Below, piece by piece: positions 14,601-27,715 of a stretch of 64,000 nt of DNA. Below the pieces are notes generated by a model, which made no database searches, was not told the DNA's origin, and saw nothing but the letters and a program-made list of their open reading frames with translations. The translations under genes were made by a program, and so were the position numbers. Source of the DNA: the human T2T-CHM13v2.0 reference genome, Homo sapiens. Numbering within the stretch: the first letter of the stretch is position 1; every line of letters starts with the position of its first letter. Where the stretch lies: NCBI RefSeq assembly GCF_009914755.1, contig NC_060948.1. The stretch is one strand, 5' to 3'.

Positions 14601-17600
14601 ACATGGAATGGGAACGAATGGAATGGAATGGAAAGGAATGGAATCGAATGGAAAGGAATCGAATGGAAGGGAATGAAATTGAATCAACAGGAATGGAAGG
14701 GAATAGAATAGACGGTAATGGAATGGACTCGAATAGAATGGACACGAATGCTCAAATTGAATGGACTCGAATGGAATGGAAACGAAAGGAATGTCATCGA
14801 ATGGAATTGAATCGATTGGAATGAAATCGCATAGAATGGAGTGGAATCAAATGGAATTGAATCGAAAGGAAAGGAAGCGAATGGACTGAAATGAAATGGA
14901 ATGGAATTGAATGGAAAGTAATGCAATGGAATAGAATGGAACGAAATTTCACGGAATGGAATCAAACTGAATGGAATCAAATCAATGGAATCTAATCAAA
15001 TGGAATGGAAAGGAATTGAATGGAGTAGATTGGATTGGATGGGATTGGAATGAAATGTACTGGAAAGGACTCGAATTTCATGAAACGGAATGGAATGAAT
15101 TGGAACGGAATGGACTCGAATGGAATGGAATGTCATGGAATGGCATCAAATGGAATGGCATCAAATGGAATGGAATCGAATGCAATGGAATGCTATGGAA
15201 TGGAATGGAATGCATTGGAATGGAATGTCCTCTAATGGAATGGATTCGAGTGGAATGGAATCGAATATAATGGAGTCGAATGAAATGGAATTGAAAGGAA
15301 TGGGATCGAATACAATGGAATATACTGGAATGTAATGTAATGAACTCGAATGTAATTGACTGGAATGGAATGTACATGAATGGAATGTAATCGAATGGAA
15401 AGTAATCCAATGGAATAGAATCTAATGCAATAAAATCGACTCAGATAGAGTAGCATGTAATGGAATGGAGTGCAGTGCAATGGAATGGAATGGAATGGAA
15501 TGCAATGGAATGGAATGGAATGGAATGGAATGGAATGGAATGGAATGGAATGGAATGGGATGGGATGGAATGGTATGGAATGGATAGTAATGGACTGGAG
15601 TGAAATGGACTGGAAAGGAATGGACTCAAATTGAAAGGGCTCGAAAGGAATGGAGTCAAATGGAATGGTCTGGAATGGAATGAACACGAATGTAATGCAA
15701 TCCAATAGAATGGAATCGAATGGCATGGAATATAAAGAAATGGAATCGGAGAGAATGGAAACAAATGGAATGGAATTGAATGGAATGGAATTGAATGGAA
15801 TGGGAACGAATGGAGTGAAATTGTATGCAGTAGAAGGGAATAGAATGGAATGCAAGCAAAAGGAAAGGAATGGATTGGAATGGAATGGAATTCATTGGAA
15901 TGGAAGGGAATGTAGTGTAATGGACAGGCCTGGAATAAAGTGGAATGCTACGGTCTCGAATGGAATAAAAATGTATGGAATGGAATGCAATGAAACGGAA
16001 TCGAATGTCATAGAATGTAATGGAATGCAACAAAATGGAATCCAATATCATTGACTGGAAAGGCTGGGTGTCGAAAGGAATTGACTCCAATGGAATGGAA
16101 TCGAATGGAATGGAAGTGAATAGAATCGAACTAAATCGAATGGAATGGAATTGATAGGAACGGAATGGAAAGGAATGCAATGATTTGGCATGGAATGGAA
16201 TCGAATGGCATCGAATGGAATGGAATGGAATGCAATGGAATGGAATGTATTAGAATGGAATGAACTTTAATGGAATGTACTCGAATGGATTCGACTGGAA
16301 TGGAATGTTCTGGAAGTGAATGGACTCCAATGGAATGGATTCCAAAGGAATGGAATCGTACGGAATGGAATCTAATGGAATGGAATTAAATGGAAATGAA
16401 TCAAATTGAATAGCACGGAATTGAATTGAATGGAATGGAATGCAATGGAATCTAATGAAACGGAAAGGAAAGGAATGGAATGGAATGGAATGGGCTGGAA
16501 TGGAAAGGAATCGAAACGAATGGAATGGAATCGAACTGAAGAGACTGGAATGGAATGCACTGGAATGGAAGGGAGTGTAATGGAAGGTTCTCGAAAAAAA
16601 TGGAATCGAATGGAATGGAATTGAATGGAACGGAATAGAGTCGAATGGAATTGAATGGAATGGAATGGACTAGAGTGAAATGGAATCGAACCACAAGGAA
16701 TGGACAGGAATAGAATGGTCTCGAATTGAATGGAATCGTATGGAATGGCATCAAACGGAATGGAATGGACAGCCACGGAATGGAATGCACTCGAATGCAA
16801 TGGAGTCGAAACTAATGGACTGGAATAGAATGGACTCGACTGGTACGGACTTCAATGGAATGGATTCGAATGGAAGGGAATCGAACGGAATGGACTCGAA
16901 GGGAAAAGACTGCAATGGAAAGGTCTCGAATGGAATGGAAATTAATGGAATGGAATGGAATCGAATGAAATGGAGTCAAAAGGAATGGAATCGAATGGCA
17001 AGAAATCGAATGTAATGGAATCGCAAGGAATTGATGTGAACGGAACGGAATGGAATGGAATCCAAAGGAATGGAATAGAATGGAATGGAATCGAATGGAA
17101 AGGACTCGAATGGAAATCACTCGAATAGAATGCAATTTAATAAAATAGGATCAAATGTAATGGAATGGAATGGAAAGGAATCGAAACGAAAGGAATGGAG
17201 ACAGATGGAATGGAATGGAACAGAGAGCAATGGTATAGAATGGAATGGAATCATCTGGAATGGAATTGAATGGAATGGAATAATATGAAATGGAATGGAA
17301 TGGAATGGAATGGAATGCCCTTGAATTAAATGGACTGGAATGGAATGGACTCGAACAGAGTGGAATGGAAAGTGTTGAGATAGAATGGAATGGACTCCTT
17401 TGGAATGGTGTAGTATGCAATGCAATCGACTGGCAGGGAATCAAAAGGAATGTAATCGAATGGAATGGACTGGAATGCAATGGACTCGAATAGATTGGAA
17501 ACGGAATGCAAAGGAATGGAATGGAATAGTATGGAATGGAATGGAAAGGAATGGAGTGGAATAGACTAGAGTGGAATGGAATGGACTGGAAAGCAATGGA

Positions 17601-20600
17601 CTGGAATGGAACTTTCTTGAATGGACTGGAATCAAACGGAATGGAATGCAATGCAATCAAATGGCATGGAATAAAATAGAATGAAGAAAATGAAATGGAA
17701 TTGAATCGAATGGAATCGAATGGATTGGAAAGGAATAGAATGGAATGGAATGGAATTGACTCAAATGGAATGGACTAGAATGGAATGGATTCGAATGGAA
17801 GGCAAAGGAATGGAATCTATTGGAATGGACTGTAATGGAATGGAATGGAAGGGATTGGAATGGACTCGAATGGAATGGACTGCAATAGAAAGGATTCGAA
17901 TGGAATGAAAAAGAATTGAATGGAATAGAACAGAATGGAATCAAATCGAATGAAATGGAATGGAATAGAAAGGAATGGAATGAAATGGAATGGAAAGGAT
18001 TCGAATGGAATGCAATCGAATGGAATGGAATCGAACGGAATGGAATAAAATGGAAGAAAACTGGCAAGAAATGGAATCGAAATGAATGGAGTGTTATGGA
18101 ACGGACTCAAAAGGAATTGAATGTAATAGAATGGAGTGGAGTGGACTCGAATATAATGGACTGGAATGGAATGAAATCACATGGAATGGGAACGAATGGA
18201 ATGGAATGGAAAGGAATGGAATCGAATGGAAAGGAATCGAATGGAAGGGAATGAAATTGAATCAACAGGAATGGAAGGGAATAGAATAGACGGTAATGGA
18301 ATGGACTCGAATAGAATGGACACGAATGCTGAAATGGAATGGACTCGAATGGAATGGAAACGAAAGGAATGTCATCGAATGGAATTGAATCGATTGGAAT
18401 GAAATCGCATAGAATGGAGTGGAATCAAATGGAATTGAATCGAAAGGAAAGGAAGCGAATGGACTGAAATGAAATGGAATGGAATTGAATGGAAAGTAAT
18501 GCAATGGAATAGAATGGAACGAAATTTCACAGAATGGAATCAAACTGAATGGAATCAAACCAATGGAATCAAATCAAATGGAATGGAAAGGAATTGAATG
18601 GAGTAGATTGGATTGGATGGGATTGGAATGAAATGTACTGGAAAGGACTCGAATTTCATGAAACGGAATGGAATGAATTGGAACGGAACGGACTCGAATG
18701 GAATGGAATGTCATGGAATGGCATCAAATGGAATGGCATCAAATGGAATGGAATCGAATGCAATGGAATGCTATGGAATGGAATGGAATGCATTGGAATG
18801 GAATGTCCTCTAATGGAATGGATTCGAGTGGAATGGAATCGAATATAATGGAGTCGAATGAAATGGAATTGAAAGGAATGGGATCGAATACAATGGAATA
18901 TACTGGAATGTAATGTAATGAACTCGAATGTAATTGACTGGAATGGAATGTACATGAATGGAATGTAATCGAATGGAAAGTAATCCAATGGAATAGAATC
19001 TAATGCAATAAAATCGACTCAGATAGAGTAGAATGTAATGGAATGGAGTGCAGTGCAATGGAATGGAATGGAATGGAATGGAATGGAATGCAATGGAATG
19101 GAATGGAATGGAATGGAATGGGATGGAATGGTGTGGAATGGATAGTAATGGACTGGAGTGAAATGGACTGGAAAGGAATGGACTCAAATTGAAAGGGCTC
19201 GAAAGGAATGGAGTCAAATGGAATGGTCTGGATTGGAATGAACACGAATGTAATGCAATCCAATAGAATGGAATCGAATGGCATGGAATATAAAGAAATG
19301 GAATCGAAGAGAATGGAAACAAATGGAATGGAATTGAATGGAATGGAATTGAATGGAATGGGAACGAATGGAGTGAAATTGTATGCAGTAGAAGAGAATA
19401 GAATGGAATGCAAGCGAAAGGAAAGGAATGGATTGGAATGGAATGGAATTCATTGGAATGGAAGGGAATGTAGTGTAATGGACAGGCCTGGAATAAAGTG
19501 GAATGCTACGGTCTCGAATGGAATAAAAATGTATGGAATGGAATGCAATGAAACGGAATCGAATGTCATAGAATGTAATGGAATGCAAAAAAATGGAATC
19601 CAAAATCATTGACTGGAAAGGCTGGGTGTCGAAAGGAATTGACTCCAATGGAATGGAATCGAATGGAATGGAAGAGAATAGAATCGAACTAAATCGAATG
19701 GAATGGAATTGATAGGAACGGAATGGAAAGGAATGCAATCATTTGGCATGGAATGGAATCGAATGGCATCGAATGGAATGGAATGGAATGCAATGGAATG
19801 GAATGTATTAGAATGTAATGAACTTTAATGGAATGTACTCGAATGGAATCGACTGGAATGGAATGTTCTGGAAGTGAATGGACTCCAATGGAATGGATTC
19901 AAAAGGAATGGAATCGTACGGAATGGAATCTAATGGAATGGAATTAAATGGAAATGAATCAAACTGAATAGAACGGAATTGAATTGAATGGAATCGAATG
20001 CAATGGAATCTAATGAAACGGAAAGGAAAGGAATGGAATGGAATGGAATGGGCTGGAATGGAAAGGAATCGAAACGAATGGAATGGAATCGAACTGAAGA
20101 GACTGGAATGGAATGCACTGGATGGAAGGGAGTGTAATGGAAGGTTCTCGAAAAAAATGGAATCGAATGGAATGGAATTGAATGGAACGGAATAGAGTCG
20201 AATGGAATTGAATGGAATGGAATGGACTAGAGTGAAATGGAATCGAACCACAAGGAATGGACAGGAATAGAACGGTCTCGAATTGAATGGAATCGTATGG
20301 AATGGCATCAAACGGAATGGAATGGACAGCCACGGAATGGAATGCACTCGAATGCAATGGAGTCGAAACTAATGGACTGGAATAGAATGGACTCGACTGG
20401 TACGGACTCCAATGGAATGGAATCGAATGGAAGGGAATCGAACGGAATGGACTCGAAGGGAAAAGACTGCAATGGAAAGGTCTCGAATGGAATGGAAATT
20501 AATGGAATGGAATGGAATCGAATGAAATGGAGTCAAAAGGAATGGAATCGAATGGCAAGAAAACGAATGTAATGGAATCGCAAGGAATTGATGTGAACGG

Positions 20601-23458
20601 AACGGAATGGAATGGAATCCAAAGGAATGGAATAGAATGGAATGGAATCGAATGGAAAGGACTCGAATGGAAATCACTCGAATAGAATGCAATTTAATAA
20701 AATAGGACCAAATGTAATGGAATGGAATGGAAAGGAATCGAAACGAAAGGAATGGAGACAGATGGAATGGAATGGAACAGAGAGCAATGGTATAGAATGG
20801 AATGGAATCATCTGGAATGGAATTGAATGGAATGGAATAACATGAAATGGACTGGAATGGAATGGAATGCCCTTGAATTAAATGGACTGGAATGGAATGG
20901 ACTCGAACAGAGTGGAATGGAAAGTGTTGAAATAGAATGGAATGGACTGGTTTGGAATGGTCTAGTATGCAATGCAATCGACTGGCAGGGAATCAAAAGG
21001 AATGTAATCGAATGGATTGGACTGGAATGCAATGGACTCGAATAGATTGGAAACGGAATGCAAAGGAATGGAATGGAATAGTATGGAATGGAATGGAAAG
21101 GAATGGAGTGGAATAGACTAGAGTGGAATGGAATGGACTCGAAAGCAATGGACTGGAATGGAACTTTCTTGAATGGACTGGAATCAAACGGAATGGAATG
21201 CAATGCAATCAAATGGCATGGAATAAAATAGAATGAAAGAGAATCAAATGGAATTGAATCGAATGGAATCGAATGGATTGGAAAGGAATAGAATGGAATG
21301 GAATGGAATTGACTCAAATGGAATGGACTAGAATGGAATGGATTCGAATGGAAGGCAAAGGAATGGAATCTATTGGAATGGACTGTAATGGAATGCAATG
21401 GAAGGGATTGGAATGGACTCGAATGGAATGGACTGCAATAGAAAGGATTCGAATGGAATGAAAAAGAATTGAATGGAATAGAACAGAATGGAATCAAATC
21501 GAATGAAATGGAATGGAATAGAAAGGAATGGAATGAAATGGAATGGAAAGGATTCGAATGGAATGCAATCGAATGGAATGTAATCGAACGCAATGGAATA
21601 AAATGGAAGAAAACTGGCAAGAAATGGAATCGAAATGAATGGAGTGTTATGGAACGGACTCAAAAGGAATTGAATGTAATAGAATGGAGTGGAGTGGACT
21701 CGAATATAATGGACTGGAATGGAATGAAATCACATGGAATGGGAACGAATGGAATGGAATGGAAAGGAATGGAATCGAATGGAAAGGAATCGAATGGAAG
21801 GGAATGAAATTGAATCAACAGGAATGGAAGGGAATAGAATAGACGGTAATGGAATGGACTCGAATAGAATGGACACAAATGCTCAAATTGAATGGACTCG
21901 AATGGAATGGAAACGAAAGGAATGTCATCGAATGGAATTGAATCGATTGGAATGAAATAGCATAGAATGGAGTGGAATCAAATGGAATTGAATCGAAAGG
22001 AAAGGAAGCGAATGGACTGAAATGAAATGGAATGGAATTGAATGGAAAGTTATGTAATGGAATAGAATGGAACGAAATTTCACAGGATGCAATCAAACTG
22101 AATGGAATCAAATCAATGGAATCAAATCAAATGGAATGGAAAGGAATTGAATGGAGTAGATTGGATTGGATGGGATTGGAATGAAATGTACTGGAAAGGA
22201 CTCGAATTTCATGAAACGGAATGGAATGAATTGGAACGGAACGGACTCGAATGGAATGGAATGTCATGGAATGGCATCAAATGGAATGGCATCAAATGGA
22301 ATGGAATCGAATGCAATGGAGTGCTATGGAATGGAATGGAATGCATTGGAATGGAATGTCCTCTAATGGAATGGATTCGAGTGGAATGGAATCGAATATA
22401 ATGGAGTCGAATGAAATGGAATTGAAAGGAATGGGATCGAATACAATGGAATATACTGGAATGTAATGTAATGAACTCGAATGTAATTGACTGGAATGGA
22501 ATGTATATGAATGGAATGTAATTGAATGGAAAGTAATCCAATGGAATAGAATCTAATGCAATAAAATCGACTCAGATAGAGTAGAATGTAATGGAATGGA
22601 GTGCAGTGAAATGGAATGGAATGGAATGGAATGCAATGGAATGGAATGGAATGGAATGGAATGGGATGGAATGGTGTGGAATGGATAGTAATGGACTGGA
22701 GTGAAATGGACTGGAAAGGAATGGACTCAAATTGAAAGGGCTCGAAAGGAATGGAGTCAAATGGAATGGTCTGGAATGGAATGAACACGAATGTAATGCA
22801 ATCCAATAGAATGGAATCGAATGGCATGGAATATAAAGAAATGGAATCGAAGAGAATGGAAACAAATGGAATGGAATTGAATGGAATGGAATTGAATGGA
22901 ATGGGAACGAATGGAGTGAAATTGTATGCAGTAGAAGAGAATAGAATGGAATGCAAGCGAAAGGAAAGGAATGGATTGGAATGGAATGGAATTCCTTGGA
23001 ATGGAAGGGAATGTAGTGTAATGGACAGGCCTGGAATAAAGTGGAATGCTACGGTCTCGAATGGAATAAAAATGTATGGAATGGAATGCAATGAAACGGA
23101 ATCGAATGTCATAGAATGAAATGGAATGCAAAAAAATGGAATCCAAAATCATTGACTGGAAAGGCTGGGTGTCGAAAGGAATTGACTCCAATGGAATGGA
23201 ATCGAATGGAATGGAAGTGAATAGAATCGAACTAAATCGAATGGAATGGAATTGATAGGAACGGAATGGAAAGGAATGCAATGATTTGGCATGGAATGCA
23301 ATCGAATGGCATCGAATGGAATGGAATGGAATGCAATGGAATGGAATGTATTAGAATGTAATGAACTTTAATGGAATGTACTCGAATGGATTCGACTGGA
23401 ATGGAATGTTCTGGAAGTGAATGGACTCCAATGGAATGGATTCAAAAGGAATGGAATC

Positions 23459-26097
23459 GTACGGAATGGAATCTAATGGAATGGAATTAAATGGAAATGA
23501 ATCAAATTGAATAGCACGGAATTGAATTGAATGGAATCGAATGCAATGGAATCTAATGAAACGGAAAGGAAAGGAATGGAATGGAATGGAATGGGCTGGA
23601 ATGGAAAGGAATCGAAACGAATGGAATGGAATCGAACTGAAGAGACTGGAATGGAATGCACTGGAATGGAAGGGAGTGTAATGGAAGGTTCTCGAAAAAA
23701 ATGGAATCGAATGGAATGGAATTGAATGGAACGGAATAGAGTCGAATGGAATTGAATGGAATGGAATGGACTAGAGTGAAATGGAATCGAACCACAAGGA
23801 ATGGACAGGAATAGAATGGTCTCGAATTGAATGGAATCGTATGGAATGGCATCAAACGGAATGGAATGGACAGCCACGGAATGGAATGCACTCGAATGCA
23901 ATGGAGTCGAAACTAATGGACTGGAATAGAATGGACTCGACTGGTACGGACTCCAATGGAATGGAATCGAATGGAAGGGAATCGAACGGAATGGACTCGA
24001 AGGGAAAAGACTGCAATGGAGAGGTCTCGAATGGAATGGAAATTAATGGAATGGAATGGAATCGAATGAAATGGAGTCAAAAGGAATGGAATCGAATGGC
24101 AAGAAATCGAATGTAATGGAATCGCAAGGAATTGATGTGAACGGAACGGAATGGAATGGAATCCAAAGGAATGGAATAGAATGGAATGGAATCGAATGGA
24201 AAGGACTCGAATGGAAATCACTCGAATAGAATGCAATTTAATAAAATAGGATCAAATGTAATGGAATGGAATGGAAAGGAATCGAAACGAAAGGAATGGA
24301 GACAGATGGAATGGAATGGAACAGAGAGCAATGGTATAGAATGGAATGGAATCATCTGGAATGGAATTGAATGGAATGGAATAACATGAAATGGACTGGA
24401 ATGGAATGGAATGCCCTTGAATTAAATGGACTGGAATGGAATGGACTCGAACAGAGTGGAATGGAAAGTGTTGAAATAGAATGGAATGGACTGGTTTGGA
24501 ATGGTCTAGTATGCAATGCAATCGACTGGCAGGGAATCAAAAGGAATGTAATCGAATGGATTGGACTGGAATGCAATGGACTCGAATAGATTGGAAACGG
24601 AATGCAAAGGAATGGAATGGAATAGTATGGAATGGAATGGAAAGGAATGGAGTGGAATAGACTAGAGTGGAATGGAATGGACTCGAAAGCAATGGACTGG
24701 AATGGAACTTTCTTGAATGGACTGGAATCAAACGGAATGGAATGCAATGCAATCAAATGGCATGGAATAAAATAGAATGAAAGAGAATCAAATGGAATTG
24801 AATCGAATGGAATCGAATGGATTGGAAAGGAATAGAATGGAATGGAATGGAATTGACTCAAATGGAATGGACTAGAATGGAATGGATTCGAATGGAAGGC
24901 AAAGGAATGGAATCTATTGGAATGGACTGTAATGGAATGGAATGGAAGGGATTGGAATGGACTCGAATGGAATGGACTGCAATAGAAAGGATTCGAATGG
25001 AATGAAAAAGAATTGAATGGAATAGAACAGAATGGAATCAAATCGAATGAAATGGAATGGAATAGAAAGGAATGGAATGAAATGGAATGGAAAGGATTCG
25101 AATGGAATGCAATCGAATGGAATGTAATCGAACGCAATGGAATAAAATGGAAGAAAACTGGCAAGAAATGGAATCGAAATGAATGGAGTGTTATGGAACG
25201 GACTCAAAAGGAATTGAATGTAATAGAATGGAGTGGAGTGGACTCGAATATAATGGACTGGAATGGAATGAAATCACATGGAATGGGAACGAATGGAATG
25301 GAATGGAAAGGAATGGAATCGAATGGAAAGGAATCGAATGGAAGGGAATGAAATTGAATCAACAGGAATGGAAGGGAATAGAATAGACGGTAATGGAATG
25401 GACTCGAATAGAATGGACACGAATGCTGAAATTGAATGGACTCGAATGGAATGGAAACGAAAGGAATGTCATCGAATGGAATTGAATCGATTGGAATGAA
25501 ATCGCATAGAATGGAGTGGAATCAAATGGAATTGAATCGAAAGGAAAGGAAGCGAATGGACTGAAATGAAATGGAATGGAATTGAATGGAAAGTAATGCA
25601 ATGGAATAGAATGGAACGAAATTTCACGGAATGGAATCAAACTGAATGGAATCAAATCAATGGAATCAAATCAAATGGAATGGAAAGGAATTGAATGGAG
25701 TAGATTGGATTGGATGGGATTGGAATGAAATGTACTGGAAAGGACTCGAATTTCATGAAACGGAATGGAATGAATTGGAACGGAATGGACTCGAATGGAA
25801 TGGAATGTCATGGAATGGCATCAAATGGAATGGCATCAAATGGAATGGAATCGAATGCAATGGAATGCTATGGAATGGAATGGAATGCATTGGAATGGAA
25901 TGTCCTCTAATGGAATGGATTCGAGTGGAATGGAATCGAATATAATGGAGTCGAATGAAATGGAATTGAAAGGAATGGGATCGAATACAATGGAATATAC
26001 TGGAATGTAATGTAATGAACTCGAATGTATTTGACTGGAATGGAATGTACATGAATGGAAAGTAATCGAATGGAAAGTAATCCAATGGAATAGAATC
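23459..26097 (+). repeat. Terminal truncated DYZ1 unit (2639 bp)
   Basis: Matches the unit up to ...ATCCAATGGAATAGAATC (unit 1 position ~2644), then switches to AT-rich sequence. Confidence 0.93.
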
Positions 26098-26824
26098 ATA
26101 TATGATATATAATATATGTATAATATTGTTTTACATCCTGCATCTTATGTTGTATATATTGTATAAAATATAATAATTGATTATATATACTTTTATAACA
26201 TAATTTACATAAAATATCATAATATAATATATATTATATTATTTCATATTACATAATATATATTACATATCACCCAATATAAGTAACATACATAATATTA
26301 TAATATAGATTATATTATGTTATATTAAATATCATATATATTATGTATCATATATTCTATAATATATATTATACATTATATAATATGTATGTTGTCTATT
26401 ATGTGATATATATAACTATACATATAATTATATTATTATACGTATAACTAGATAAACATGTAATTCTACATATTTTCATTTATAATATATAGAATTATAT
26501 AATGATATATAATTATGTATATTCTATAAAAAATTATATCATTATATAAATTATAATATATAAAAATTATAATATGTACTACAAATATATATATTATATA
26601 TCATATATGATATAGTACCTTTGTTATATATCATAATACATATAAATGTGTATTATGTTATCTATAATTATATAATTTCATATATAAGTTGTATAATATG
26701 TATTATATATTATATATGTTATGTAATATATATAGTATATATAAGATGACACAGGATAAATATTATATACTATGACATATAAGATATATGAGGTTATATG
26801 TTTCATATAAGGCATAGCACATAA

Positions 26825-27139
<315 letters not shown>

Positions 27140-27715
27140 AGATCCATATTTTTTAAATGAAAAAAAATTTCAAAGGTACTCTGTTTGGTACAATAATCAA
27201 ATGTATAAACTGAGGAATAAAACATAACCATGAAACCTATTTATAACTGCATATGGAAAATACAGAGGATAATTTTTTAAATAACATATTGTTAAAGCCT
27301 TAACTAGTAATTTGAAGAGTTGGCATTTGAAAGGCCAGTATGAATATACCTTCACAGCAGCAACACAGGTTCCCCATGAGAAAAAGCAAACTCAGGGAAA
27401 ATAAAACCACAAAGGTTCAATCTCTTCTGACCTTTGAAAGACACAGCACAGACAGTGGTCCTTAGGACGAAGAGTAGGAGACCCCTAATTCCGTCACCAT
27501 GGCGATAGGGCATAAACATTGCTGGCTGAGGGCACAATCCACATTGTGAGGTCCAACTGCTGCCAGGAAGACAGGAGTGCTTTTACATAGACCGAAAGGT
27601 CATTGAAGGCTCAGAGTTTTGTTTCAAGAACTGAATCCCAAGCCCACACGTTATTAGGCTGCGCTTCTTAAAACAAGTTATGAGATGGGAAAAAGGGCAC
27701 CCACAAACATACGTA
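27140..27715. repeat. HSATI-like segment of the DYZ2 unit (representative; repeats after each Alu every ~2420 bp)
   Basis: ~575 bp higher-complexity segment between the Alu 5' end and the AT-rich tract, near-identical in all 16 units. The name comes from the known DYZ2 composition, not from an alignment; boundaries are approximate. Confidence 0.75.

Larger units (their letters stand above)
1..26097 (+). repeat. DYZ1: DYZ1 satellite array (HSat3, diverged GGAAT pentamers, ~3.56 kb unit), human Yq12
   Basis: Continuous GGAAT-derived pentamers. The landmark GTACGGAATGGAATCTAATG recurs at 1, 3580, 5641, 9215, 12779, 16358, 19916 and 23459 (periods 3579, 2061, 3574, 3564, 3579, 3558, 3543). I saw one HaeIII site (e.g. 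3149-3152) and one EcoRI site (e.g. 3110-3115) per full unit, as in the classical ~3.56 kb DYZ1 repeat. The array abuts a DYZ2-type array. Confidence 0.96.

Noticed and set aside
15-26099. Numerous ORFs of MEWNG... and FHSIP... type up to 305 aa
   Set aside because: They are translations of the GGAAT/ATTCC pentamer, which lacks stop codons. They overlap in several frames on both strands and recur with the satellite period.
27140-27160. Possible target-site duplication or L1 endonuclease site flanking the Alu
   Set aside because: A TT/AAAA motif lies near the 5' end on the minus strand, but similarity to the 3' flank is limited to A/T-rich bases and is not convincing.
27352-27537. 61 aa ORF (MCPHPAMFMPY...) seen in 15 of 16 DYZ2 units
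   Set aside because: It starts at TTG rather than ATG, resembles no domain I recognise, and is frameshifted in copy 2. Persistence is expected from high unit identity.
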